Shown here piece by piece: positions 50,327 through 63,690 of a DNA stretch of 64,000 nt. Origin of the DNA: Octopus vulgaris (Eukaryota); contig OX597822.1 of NCBI GenBank assembly GCA_951406725.2, positions 45,694,001 through 45,758,000 on the forward strand. The letters run 5' to 3'. The notes beneath the pieces were generated by a model. The model worked only from the letters and a program-made list of their open reading frames with translations, was not told the origin of the DNA and made no database searches. The position numbers and the translations under genes were made by a program. The first letter of the stretch is position 1. Every line of letters starts with the position of its first letter.

Positions 50327-52380
50327 TTAGTTAGTTAAATTGGCTCAAAAGCAAATAGCAAGGCCATGTAGGGGGACATGGAGTTAAGTACAGGGTGGTG
50401 TTCATGTAAAGAGTTCAGGCCACTTGAGGTCAAGGGAGGCTTTGAACAAAGCGGTCGTCGGCATCTTCACCATCTCGTCTGGCAGCTTGTTCCACGGATC
50501 CGCAACCCGGACGGAGAAAGCTCTTCGATTGAGATGAAATCGTCGCAGGTAGAGCTTTTTGGAATGACCCCGCAGCCGACGCTCTGGAGCAGGAGTGAAG
50601 AACAGCTCTTTCGAGAGGTTACACTTTCCGCTTATGATGTTGTGGGCGAGAATGAGATCACCACGACGGCGGCGTTTTTCTAGAGAATAAAGGTCGAGCG
50701 TCCTCAGCCTTTCTTCGTAGGACAAATTTTTGAGACCATGAACCATGCGGGTAGCCAGCTTCTGGACTCTTTCGAGATGCTGTATGTCCTTGAGGAGATA
50801 AGGAGAAGAGGCTTGAATTCTGTATTCCAATATGGGTCTCACCAGCGTGACTTAGAGTGGTAGGAATATGGCTGCTGTGAGCATTCCGAATGACCGTCGA
50901 ATCAAGAACAGAATTCCGCGTGCTTTGTTGGCAGCATGGACGCACTGGGCTGAAGGCGAAAAGGAGGAATCCACCAAGATACCCAGGTCCTTTACCTGAT
51001 CGGTCCTCTCCAGCAGCAGACGACCCGGCTCGAAATCAAGTTGAGTTGCAGGAGGAGAGCCAACAGGCAGATGACAGCACTTTGACACGTTCAGACACAG
51101 GTCCATTCGTTAGACCACCTCCAAATTTGGTGGAGGCATCGACGAAGATCCTCTATATCACCGCGAGGAGAGACCAGTTTGACATCGTCGGCAAATAGAA
51201 GGGTGTGTTGCGTGAGGTCGTCGGGCAAGTCATTTATGAAGACTAAGAACAATAAGGGCCCAAGCACTGAACCTTGAGGCACGCCACTGCTCGCACTGGA
51301 GACGTCGGACCGCGAACCATTAACTTGGACTTGGAAGGAGCGATCTGAGAGGAAGGCACCAACCCATCGTACAATATCCGGATGGAAACTATATGCTTGA
51401 AGCTTGACAAGTAATAGGCGGTGGTTTACCGAGTCAAAAGCTTTGGCAAAGTCCAATAAAACGATGTCAACAGCATCACTATCATCGAGGATGCGCGTCA
51501 CCAATTCTTCCATTACCAGTAAGTTGGTCAAGCATGATCTCTTCGGCATGAAGCCGTGTTGGGAATCAGAGATGGAGGCTGTGTTTTGGAGGTGGAGCAT
51601 CATACTTTTCTTAAGGATGGTTTCGAACATCTTGCTGATTATTGATGTAAGGGAGCCGCGAAGACCCGCTTAACTACCGACCGGGTCTTCGCGGCTCCCT
51701 TTCTTGAAAATTGGGCAGATTATCGCTGTTCTCCAGTCCGCAGGTATAACACCTGTCGCCAATGACATATTGAATAGATGTGTTAAGGGCTCGCAGATGA
51801 CCAGAGCCAATGCTTTGATAATCCGTGGGTGTATGCCGTCAGGGCCGTGACCCTTGTTGACATCGAGGCCTTGAATAACACGTTTGACTTCGTCCCGCGT
51901 GATGACCAATCGAAACATTGGAGGTACCGATCTATCAAATGGAGGGGGTTCACGACCGTCATCTTGTTTGAAAATAGTTGAAAAAGCCTCGGCAAATAAT
52001 TGACTCTGTTGATAAGGGTCCTCAATCGATACGCCTGTTGAGTCTACCAACGTTGCAATCTGGTTGTTCAAGCGGGAATTCCGTTGGACATGGGCAAAGA
52101 AGGTTTTTGGATTGCTACTGGCATTTGCCGTGATTTTGTATTCATAACTGAAGCGTTCTTCCTTTTCAATTTTCACAGCTCGGTCTCGTTGAGTTTTGTA
52201 CACCTCAAAAGCTGCAGTCAAATCCAGATTTTTTAATTCAGCCCAAGCAATATCTCTGAGTCGAAGTTCTCGTTTAACCTTCTTCGTCACCCAGGGCTTG
52301 TGTTTCTTCTTCTTGGGAAGCCCAACGGGAACTGCCTGGTCAGTCAACCAGATTACATATGCTTTGAGGGATGACCATAG
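50327..52380 (-). mobile_element. CR1-clade LINE, 5'-truncated and frameshifted, antisense in the presumed CHPF intron
   Basis: KGHGPDGIHP, QHGFMPKRSCLTNLL, LDFAKAFDSV, GVPQGSVLGPLLF, FADD (~51185-51196), LERVQKLATR, YEERLRTL, WNKLP; (TAAC)n tail. Confidence 0.93.
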
Positions 52381-53865
52381 TTCGACGAGCTTCTTTCAGT
52401 TTCTGTCTACCAAATCCACTCACAAGGCTTTGGTCAGCCTGAGGCTATAGAAGAAGAAACTTGCCCAAGGTGCCACGCACTCGGACTGAACCCAGAACCA
52501 CACAGCCACTCCTGCACCTGTATACATTATCATCATGATCATCATCTAATGTCTATGTTCCTTGCTGGCATGGGTTGGACATTTTGACAGAATCCGTTGC
52601 GTTCCACGATTGCATCATACTTCAGTGTCTACTGGATGCCCTTCCTAATGCCAACCACTTTACAGAGTGTACTGGGTGCTTTTTATGTGGCACCAGCACG
52701 GGTGCTTTCTACATGGCTCCACACACATACACACATCTAATCATTCATTTAACGTCCGTTGCCCATGCTGGCATGGATTGGACGGTTCGACCAGGGCTGG
52801 CAGGCAGGAAGGCTGTGCCAGACTCCAGTCTGATTTGGCATGGTTTCAACAGTTGGATGCCCTTCCTAATGCCAACCACTCCAGGAGTGTAATGGATGTT
52901 TTTATGTGCCACCAGCACAGGTGCCAATTATGTGCCACTGGCAATGACCACAACTCACGTGTGCCATTTATATGGCATCACCAATATGTTTATGTGCATG
53001 TGTGTGTGTGTGGCACGTGAAAAACAACATTCGAGCATGGTTGTTGTTAGTGCCACCGGACTGGCTCTCGTGCAGGTAGCACGTAAAAAACACCTTTTGA
53101 GCATGCTCATTGCCAGAACCACTTGACAGGCCCTCGTGCTAGTGGCATGTAAAAGCACCCACTACACTTTTGGAATGACTGGCATTAGGAAGGGCATCCA
53201 GCTGTACAAATTTTGTCAGATCAGATTGAGCTTGGTGCAGCCTTCTGGTTCACTAATCTTCAGTCAAACCGTCCAACCCATACCAGCATGGGAAGTGGAC
53301 GCTAAACGATAATGATGGTGATAATGGGTGCAAGAGTGGTGTGGTAAGGCACAGGAGTGATTGTGTTGTAAGTAGCTTGCTAACCAACCACATGGTTCTG
53401 GGTTCAGTCCCACGGCATGCCATCTTCAGCAGGTGTCTTCTACTATAGCCTCGGGCCGACCAAAGCCTTGTGAGTGAATTTAGTAGGCGGAAACTGAAAG
53501 AAGCCCGTCAGATATATTTATATATATGTTTGTGTGTCTGTGTTTGTCCCCACTATTGCTTGACAACCAATGTTGGTGTGTATGTCTCTGTAACTTAGCG
53601 TTTCAGAAAAAGAGACTGATAGAATAAGTACTAGGCTTACAAAGAATTAAATCCTGGGGTTGATTTGTTTGACTCTAGGTGGTGCATGGCCGCTGTCAAA
53701 TGACTGAAACAACTAAAAGAGTAAAGAATATATATAATACATATATATAATACGTATATATATTGTCAAATTGAGGATGTAATGTCCTTAGGGATTATAA
53801 AATCCACAGAACCACTGGTATTATAAAATAAACATCTATAATTAACTAGCTGTTTGCTTATATTA

Positions 53866-53905
<40 letters not shown>

Positions 53906-55434
53906 ATGTATATATATATATGTATACACGTTTATGAATTTATGTTAGAAGATTCCTGATGTGAAATCGTGTGTTGAAACAGATATTGTTGTATTTTAGG
54001 ATGGTCGTTTTTGTTTCTTTTTTAGGGCCAATTAAACACATGCACTGTATATTCATTCTTCACCCATTTAAGAAGAGTGATATATGAGTGAAGAACGAAT
54101 GTATAGTACATGTGTTTATTTAGCAAAAAAACCAAAAAAAACACTCGAAATACAACAATATATATGTCTATATATTATATACACACACGCACATGTATAT
54201 ATGCATGTGTGTGTGTGTGAGAAGGAGAGAGGAGGGAAGAAATTTTTATGGGGTTGAAAATTCACTTGGATCTTAAAATGATTTGTAGTTTGGGTTTTCT
54301 TTATTTTGAATTATTTTCATCTTTTTTTTTTTTTGGCAATAATAAATAAATAATGGATAAAAGCTTAAAGGAAAGAGAAAGCACAGAACAAATAATTTCA
54401 ATAACACATGTTCAAGAAATGTCAACCGTTCAAATGCTCCACAAATTACAGCAATAATACATGATAGGTATTTGAAAAGTGAATGAGCTTCAAAGCAATA
54501 AAATATGTTAATAATTAGATATGATGATTCTATAGAATAAACAAAGCTTTTGTTACAAGTTCTGTCATGTTCTAGTTGGCTTGTTGTGTTAAAATGTCTC
54601 CATTTCACCTGTCACGATTGGCTGAATGTTTATTAGCATTTAGTGTTTGTATCCTGTTTTTCTTAGGAGGGGCATTACCCCAATAATAAGAATAGCACAC
54701 TCACTGCTTCAATATCACTTCTTTGTTAGTCATTTGCTTAAATATCTGACCAACTAATGAACCAGTTGTTTGTTTAATGTGCTGGTTAAGCAATCAATTG
54801 GTTGTCTGTTAGTCGAAGTCCTTTCATCACTATTCACAACTTTTTCAATGACTTGCTGTATCTCTTAAATCACTGAAAGGATCGCGAATAGCAACAAACA
54901 AACTTTGACTAACAAGCAACTGATTGATTGCTTAACTAGCACATTAAATAAATGATTTGATTATTGTGATGTGACATAACCATAGTACAACATCCATATT
55001 CTCTGATATGTTATGCAACTCTCAACTCATCAGGCTTACCAAATGTACAAGCAACCAATGACATGCTGATGAGCTGTTGATTCAGCAGCATGTCACTGCT
55101 CATTTGTATATTTGGTAAGCCTGATGAGTTGAGAAATGCAAAATGTATTGCATAATCTTATAATAATGACTTTCAATGAAACAACTGTAACAGTACCAAA
55201 TAACCCATTTGTTTGTTCTCATGCCACTCTTAAGGTTCTGTTCATTTTTGGATACTGTTGGAGTTACAAATTATCAAATAACATTGGACTTCCCTTCATC
55301 AATACATTCCATTCTATGTTAAAGGTTTGTGTAACTGATTTGTGCCATTCTGTTTGTCTTCAACTGTGTTGTGATTCAGTGTGATATGCCTTGATCACTT
55401 GTAATAATATCAGTCAACTTTAATAATATATTTA

Positions 55435-55900
55435 TCATCATCATTGAATGTCCGTTTTCCATGCTGGCATGGGTTGGATGGTTTGACTGAGGTCTAGAGA
55501 GCCAGGAGGCTGTACCAGGCTCCAATCTGATCTGGCAATGTATCTACAGCTGGATGCCCTTCCTAATGCCAACCACTCCAAGAGTGTAGTGGGTGCTTTT
55601 TATGTGCCACCAGCACAGGAGCCAGTCAGGAAAGCCTGACATCAATCACATTCGGATAGTGCTTTTTACATGCCACCAGCATAGGGGCCAGTCAGGGTGA
55701 TACTGGCATTGATCATGTTTGAATAGTGCTTTTTACATGCCACCAGCACAGGAGCCAGTTGGGGTACTGGCATTGGCCATGTTCGGATGGTGCTATTTAT
55801 GTGCCACCAGCATGGAAGCCAGTCAGGCAGAACTGGCATCGACCGCATTCAGATGGTACTTTTTGTGCCACTGGCATGGGAGCCAGTCAGGGGGTGCTGG
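55435..55900 (-). mobile_element. RTE 3'-tail element with ~55-bp tandem units
   Basis: Reverse complement of the 7480-7940 type tail; related copies at 52535-52960(-), 53010-53260(+), 55960-56300(+) and 56770-57050(+). Confidence 0.75.
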
Positions 55901-58191
55901 CCACATCTACAATATTGGTTTTACTTGACTCAACAGGTCTTCTCAAACATATATCGCATGATGCACATAAAAAGCACCATTCATACATTGGACCTCATGG
56001 AGACAGTGACGGGACCGAGACCTTTGGCGATATACAGTGCTTGTGTACACCTGTCAAGCCAATTGAGACCATAGTCATGGTCGATGCTGGTGTCTGGTCA
56101 AAGGCACCCATGCCGGTAACATGTAAAAAATACTCACTACACTCTTGGAGTTGTTGGCATTATGAAAGGTATCCAGCTGTAGAAACCTTACCAAATCAGA
56201 TCAGAACCTGGTGCAGCTCCCTGGCTTACCAGTTTGCAGTCAAACCATCCCAGCTCATGCCAGCATTGAAAACAGATATTAAATAATGATGATGATGATG
56301 ATGCCTGTTTACTGTGAAACTTTAGATATCTAATCTATATCTAATGCATATCCAACAGGCCAACGAATTAGACTCTATACTTAACCTGCTAGAAATATCA
56401 GCCACATCTCACTCAAATCACACCCTATGATCTTAAAAAAAGAAGGCCACATAAAATGATGTAGAAAGCTGAGATGGTCATGGCCAAATCAAACTTATAT
56501 ACTACAATACAGGGTGGGGGGTGCAAAAGTAGGTAGGTATACAGTAAGTATCAAGTCAATGTTATAATATTTAATTCATTAAAATTATTAGCCCATATTA
56601 TCACATTAAATTAGTTAGCCTCGTTTTTGATATTTTCAGTGTCATTAATCATAATACATCTATCATAACTATGATAATGTTTTTATTGTAACTTTAAATT
56701 TTCTTTGATGAAAAAATAAATGAGTGTTGTATCTTAGAATTGTCAGACAATACATGGTACTTGAGTCAAGTAAAATCAAAAATCAAAATCACAGAATCTC
56801 AATCAAAAATGGAAATTGTAGTTGTAGCCAATGCCAGTGCCACCTGAGTGGCTCCCTGTGCTGGTGGCATGTAAAAAGCACCCACTTCACCCTTGGAGTG
56901 GTTGGCATTAGGAAAAGCATCCAGCTGTAGAAACCCTGCCAGATCAAATTGGGACCTGATGCAGCCTCCTGGCTTGTCTGTCCCCAGTCAAACCATCCAA
57001 CCCATGCCAGCATGGAAAGCAGATGCTAAACAATGATGATGAGGATGATGATATACATGTTTTCTTTTTTCCATAACTGTACACTTACTTTTGCACGAAC
57101 TTGTGCACTACACTCCTACATACACACACACAACATGCCTTGCACATGCAACACATTAGTGCACACAAACAAAACATTCACCATATACTTTCACTCAGTA
57201 CCTCCTTTCAATATATAAGAAAAAATACAGATGGATTTCTTTGTTATTGTTGAAAATGGATATTCTTCTTGTTTGACTACACTTACATTGTATTATAGTG
57301 AAAGTGGCTGTCGAATCAACAAATATTTTGCATAACTTTTCACTGTGACATAGTCACATAATGTGTAACAGGTTTGGTCTGCTTTTGATCTCTTTACATT
57401 ATCTCACTTCCAACCCAATTTAATCACAAAGCTGCAGTCCACCTGAAGCTATGATAGTAAAATCCTTTTACAAAACTACCCGGCCACTCATGCGTACAGA
57501 CTTATACACACTCGCATGCATGTATGCAATTTGGACTCAGATCCGCACACACGCACACACAATTCCCTGTATTAGAAGACAGCATAACATAAAAAAACAC
57601 ACATAAGCATGAAGTTATAATGATCTGCACAATCACCACCCATAAACATCCATTGTATGTATTGTGTGTATAGTTATGTATTTATATAAGGATGGGGAAA
57701 AGACGTGTGTGTGTTTGTATAGACATGTATATATGTGTTGTATGTATGTGATGTCTTGCAAACAACTTGCACATGCAAGTGTATGGGGGTCATCAGGAGA
57801 GAATGTGCACCATTTCGGGGCCTACCTCTCGACAGCATCAATGTGCACCGGCCCTCCTCGCTGATATGAGGCCCCGCTTGCTAGATCAACTAGTTATTAA
57901 ATAAAGGTCACTATTTCTCTAGGTGTATACTCATCAGGCCAATGATATCTTAAGTGAAGGTTTACATTGTCACAAGGAGGTACATGTTAATGCATGAAGA
58001 TTGAACCGTTGGATTAACATGTATCTCCTTGCAACAATGTAAGTTTTCATTTAGTCAAGAGTAGCTTACAGTATACACCTCGTTTGGATATTTACCATTT
58101 CCGAGGTTCCACTCGCTATGAAACATGTAACCCAGATCTTACCTATTCCATTCCTTAACTCTGTGTGTGTGTGTGTGTATATATATATATA

Positions 58192-58590
58192 GGCGCAGAG
58201 GTGGCTGTGTGGTAAGTAGCTTGCTTACCAACCACATGTTTCCGGGTTCATTGGGCAAGTGTCTTCTACAATAGCCTGGGTGCGACCAAAGCCTTGTGAG
58301 TGGATTTGGTAGACGGAAACTGAAAGAAGCCTGTCATATATATACTTATATATGTATGTGTGTGTGTATATAATATGTTTGTGTGTCTGTGTTTGACCCC
58401 CCGCCAACATCGCTTGACAACCGATTGTAGTGTGTTTGCATCCCTGTAACTTAGCGGTTCAGCAAAAGAGACTGATAGAATAAGTACTAGGCTTACAAAG
58501 AATAAGTCCTGGGGTTGATTTGCTTGACTAAAGGCGGTACTCCACCATGGCTGCAGTCAAATGACTGAAACAAATAAAAGAATAAAAGAA
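58192..58590 (+). mobile_element. SINE family B, near full length
   Basis: GGCGCAGAGGTGGCTGTGTGGTAAG head through AATGACTGAAACAAATAAAAG tail. Confidence 0.8.
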
Positions 58591-59639
58591 ATAAGAATAT
58601 ATAATGGATTCTCCCGTCAACATATGAGGGTTCGACAATTTCTTACTGAACAACCATACAGAAGATTTGTTTATAGTGATCAAATGTTTGTGTAGACATA
58701 AGCTTATTGCCTCCATCAGATCAACATTATTTGTACAGGCGTAATGGGGTGCCACATGTTGGATGAGGAAATGACTGCAGAGCAACATGAAATGAAGTGC
58801 TTTGCTTAAGAATGCAACACCCAGTCTGAGAATCAAACCCACAATCTTGCAATCATGTATGTACACATATCTGAAGCGTACCTGTCGTGTTTGTATATGT
58901 ATGTTTATATATCCACACTCATTCACAGACATGATTTTTATTATTGTTAGTAAGAACAACCACACCTGTTATTGTTACGATTGTCATAGTTGTAGCTTTT
59001 ATAAATGACTTTTATAGTATATGATTTCATTTACATTTCTATAAATCATCCAAGTGCTTTATAGCAGATGACACCACTTCTGTATTTGATTCATACATCA
59101 TTGCATTATCAGCCCTGAAATTGTGACACCAAGTTAACCTGGGCAGGAATTGAACTCTGATACCCTCTTGTAGTGGTGTGGTTATTCACAGTGGTTGTTG
59201 TAGTTCTTTAGGTTGTATTGGGGGTGGTGATGAATAACTGCTACTTGTGCACCAGGACTTCTGTTCAAGGAAGCATATATTCTGTCAGTTAATGTGGATG
59301 TGAGGCTCTTGTGAGCAGGATGACTACTCTCACCCAGAAATGGGCTGAGAAGGCTATCCCTGAAAAGTCAGGTGGAGGTGGCTATCATATGTATCACGGC
59401 TGTCATCTACTATTTATTTATTTTTTATTGCCCACAAGGGGCTAAACATAGAGGGGACAAACAAGGACAAAGAGATTAAGTTAATTATATCTATCCCAGT
59501 GCCTAACTTGTACTTATTTAATTGACCCCGAAAGGATGAAAGGCAAAGTCGACCTTGGTAGAATTTGAACTCAGAACATAGCAGCAGACGAAATACCACT
59601 AAGCATTTCGCCCGGTGTCCTAACGATTCTGCCAGCTTG

Positions 59640-60080
59640 ACCATTGTGCCTTGTCCTGATTGCACTGGAGCATATACTCTTCCGCTTCTTGTGGAAGGGA
59701 CGTGTCCTGATAGCCAGGCAGTCTATCTTCTGTCAACATCCGCTGCGTGGTGACCTGGGCATGCTGTGGCTGATGATGTGCAGACATGTGCTGAGGCTAC
59801 AACATCTCCAGTGCTTCCTTGACGGTGAACAGGTGTGGTGTTCATTTGCCAAACATGTTTTTCTGCTGCTAGTTTCTTTAACAGAGCTGCAGTTCTGGGT
59901 AAAACAGAGACCAAGGGAGAGCATTTAGAAAGTGGAATGTTTTCAAGCCTCAGCCAATTGAACAGTGCTATAGGTGGAACATCTCCTTTAGCTTTTTATA
60001 GAGGATTAGTGGAGGAAAAGTGCGACAACATTCTTGGAAGATCTTGGGTGTCAAAGAAGATCAGCTAGTTGTTCTCTTCC
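59640..60080 (+). mobile_element. Tx1/L1-like LINE ORF2 fragment (post-RT region)
   Basis: LFRFLWKGRVLIARQSIFCQHPLRGDLG resembles the F.W.G....V....L..P...GGLG motif. Confidence 0.6.
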
Positions 60081-60319
60081 AGAGAACTTTCAGGCTGGAA
60101 GTAGTAGTAGTAGTTGTAGTAGTAGTAGTAGTAATTGTATTGGTTTAATGCTTGTTGTAGTGGTATGGTGGTTATGATGATGTGGTGGGGCAGTTGTAGT
60201 TGTCGTCACCATGGTGCGTCTGTCAGTATTAGAAGCAGCAGTGGTAGCTGGTGATGGTTAATCCTTGGTCAGTCTCAATCTAGCCATCACCAGGTTTCCT
60301 TTAATGTATCCTTCTAATG

Positions 60320-60533
60320 CAGGTCTCCCCAAACTGGTCGATATCGACCCCTGGTGGGGGAGAGAGGGTCGTTGGAACAATTCAAGGGGGTCGATAAATG
60401 CACATCTACTTAATTATTATTATTTATTTATTTATTTATCTTTTTGTACGTGCCTGGGGGTGGGGGTTCGATGAGGTAGGGGGTCAAGTATTCCATGAAG
60501 GGGTCGATGGTCTAAAAAGCTTGTGGACCCCTG
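60320..60533. mobile_element. hAT-type MITE
   Basis: CAGGTCTCCCCAAAC / GCTTGTGGACCCCTG termini; 8-bp TSD TTCTAATG / TTTTAATG with one mismatch. Confidence 0.7.
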
Positions 60534-63234
60534 TTTTAATGTGTCTTTCCACTTTGACAACTGGAAGATTTGACTGATGTTTCTAGTATGCCGGGATACT
60601 GCCTCTAACAAACCCGCCCTCCCCCCGTTGCGTAGTAGTAGCAGCAGTAGTAGTGGTGGTGGTGGTGGTGGTGGTGAAGTCACTGCTCATTGTTCCTGAG
60701 TGCTACCTGCTGCATTGTTTCGCTAAAGTTTCCCATTTACGCTGATACAAGAAACAAGACCATGTTTCTTTTTTTTTTTTTTTCAGTAGTTTAACTTTCC
60801 AACGCTTCCACCACTGTCATTTCATTGTTTCTCGATGTCACAGAGGTATGGCGACTGACGGTGGTGATAGAAGAGTTATGTCTACTGTGGTTGCTGATGG
60901 TGACGGTGGATCTGTATATAAGAGTTAGACAGTTGTGGCGGTGATGGTAATGGTATAGAGGAGTGTACAGTGGTGGTGATGGAAATCAGTAACGTAGTTG
61001 GAGAGGAGGAAATGTGGTCCTATCCTGGCGATGCTTTTGTGTGGTGGCACTTATATAAACTTGTATAAGGGGAGGAGGCAGGAGTAGAAGCAAATTCAAG
61101 GGTTACACTCTAACTACGGGACTGACAGAAAAATGGGGCTATTGTGGTAGTGGTAGGGTTAGAGTGAATAAATGACCATTATGTAGACATGTCAAATCCC
61201 ACCCACATATCATCTTTGCCTCCCAGCTCTATGATTTAGGGGAAGGGGTTGATAAAATAAGCACCCCCAGGGCAAGGAGACAGTTTATTTGATTTCATCA
61301 CTTTGCCATTGTCTGAAATCGTTATAATTAATACTAATCAGAGACTAATTAACCAGGGTTGGGACATTTTTCTTTTTCAGTTTTTACCACCCACCCACCC
61401 AACCCTGCTTTTTTTTTTTTGGCTGTGTGGTTAAGAAGCTAGCTTTGCAACCTTGTGATTTCAGGTTCATTCCCTCTGTCCCACCGAAGTGTGTTTTACT
61501 ATAGCCCTGGACTATACTGTTGCCTTGTGAGTGAAATTTGGTAGAGGGGAAACTCTGTGGACGCCCATCTTGTGATATATATATATATATTTGTGTGTCT
61601 TTGTATCTGTGTTTATCACCCGTCTGGTGCTTTACAACATGTGTACTGAAGTTGATTTTGTTTAAGGTAGTGCCCCAGCTTGGCCACAGACCAATGACTG
61701 AAACAAGTAAAAGATAAAAGGTAAAATCAGGGAACTGAGACAGGACTTATTTAGCAAAATTGCTTCTCAACCACATGGTTCTAGGTTCAGTCTCACTGTA
61801 TGGCACTTTGGGCAAGTGTCTTCTATAACATTGGTTCAACAAAAGTCTTGTGGGTGAATTTGGTAGATGGAAACTGAAAGAAGACCACCATGTGTGTGTG
61901 TGTGTGTTTGTCCTTCACCACTACTTGCCAACTGGTGTAGATTTGTTTATGTCAAACCTACATAGAATAGTACTTATTCTATCAGTCTCTTTTGCCAAAC
62001 CATTAAGTTTGAACCAACTTATCAGTTTGGCAAAAGAGACCCATAGAATAAGCACTAGGCTTTAAGAAAACAAAAAGAAGTACAGGGGTCAATTAATTCA
62101 ACCAGAAATTCTTCAAGGCGGTGCCCCAGCATGGGCACAGTCTAATGACTAAAACAAATAAAAGAAAGAAACAGAACTATCTTTTAAAAAATTCTAACGA
62201 AAGGTTCTTTTTTTCTCTCTCTAAATATCAGGATATTCCTCCGTCAAAAAACACTAAACACACCAGCTAATTCAAATTTACGAACTTTCTTTGTCTTGGT
62301 TATTTGTTGTGTGTGTGTTTGTGACAGTAGCAGCAGTCTCAAAACTATGTGAGTGATTATTCTATGTGGGTCAAACTTGTGTTTTGCTGAGAAACAGGAA
62401 TTGTTTAGAACTAAAGTGCTTTCTAGACCAGAACAGGAATCCTAGTCTTAGGGTTGTAGCTTTATATATGTATATGTGTATATAGATTTATTTGTTTATA
62501 GGTGCAGGAGTGGCTGTGTGGTAAGAAGTTTGCTTCCTGATCACATGGTTCCAGGTTCAGTCCCACTGCATGGCACCTTGGGCAAGTGTCGTCCAACCAA
62601 AGCTTTGTGAGTGGATTTGGTAAATGGAAACAATAAGAAGCTTGTCGTGTATATATATATATCTGTGTGTGTGTGTCTGTGTTTTTTGTTTGTGTTTGTC
62701 CCTTACCACTGCTTGACAACTGGTGGTCGTGTATTTATGTCTCTAGCTTAGTGGTTTGGCAAAAGAGACTGATATAGTGCCAGGTTTGAAAAGCAAAAAA
62801 GTACTGTAGTCTATTCGTTCGACTAAAATTGTTCAAGGTGGTGCTCCAGCATGGCCACAGTCAAATGACTGAAACAAGTAAAAGAGTAAAGAGTATATAT
62901 GTATGTACTTGTGTGTGTGTTGTCAAAATCTGCCAGTAAGTTTGTAGGGTTTCGTTTGTGTGCCATTTCAGTGGTTGAGAAGACAATGTTGCAAGGTTGT
63001 TTTAATAGGGGATTGTGTCTTTGTGGAAATGGAGGCACCATACAATCATTTCCTCAGTGTAACAGCTGGTGTCCTTTGTGGCAATGGAAGTACCATATAT
63101 TTTGCTTGCTGTGTGTGTGTGTGTGAATATAAGTGCAATAGAGTTGCCTAATATCTGCTGTGATTATATCTTTGGTGAGATTGGTATACCATACAGTTTG
63201 CTTACTATATGCAATGATTATGTCTTACTCTTTT

Positions 63235-63482
63235 GCTCTTTTACTTGTTTGTCATTTGACTGTGGCCATGCTGGAGCACTGCCTTTTAGTCGAGCAAATC
63301 GATCCCAAGAATTATTCTTTGTAAGCCTAGTACTTATTCTATCAGTCTCTTTTGCCAAACCGCTAAGTTACGGGGACGTAAACACACTAGCATCGGTTGT
63401 CAAGCGATGTTGGGGAGGACAGACACACAAAGACACACACATACATACATATATATATGTTGTATGTATGTATGTATGTATG

Positions 63483-63530
<48 letters not shown>

Positions 63531-63690
63531 CAACGAGCTTCTTTCAGTTTCCATCTACCAAATCCACTCACAAGGCTTTGGTCAGCCCAAGGCTATAGTA
63601 GAAGACACTTGCCCAAGGTGCCATGCAGTGGGAATGAACCCGGAACTATGTTCATAAGCAAACTACTTACCACACAGCCACTCCTATGCC
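63235..63690 (-). mobile_element. SINE family B, near full length
   Basis: Reverse copy with an internal (TA)n/(TATG)n microsatellite. Confidence 0.8.

Noticed and set aside
55064-55140. Two CTGATGA motifs read as hammerhead cores
   Set aside because: The first has a stem but no following GAAA; the second has no stem II.
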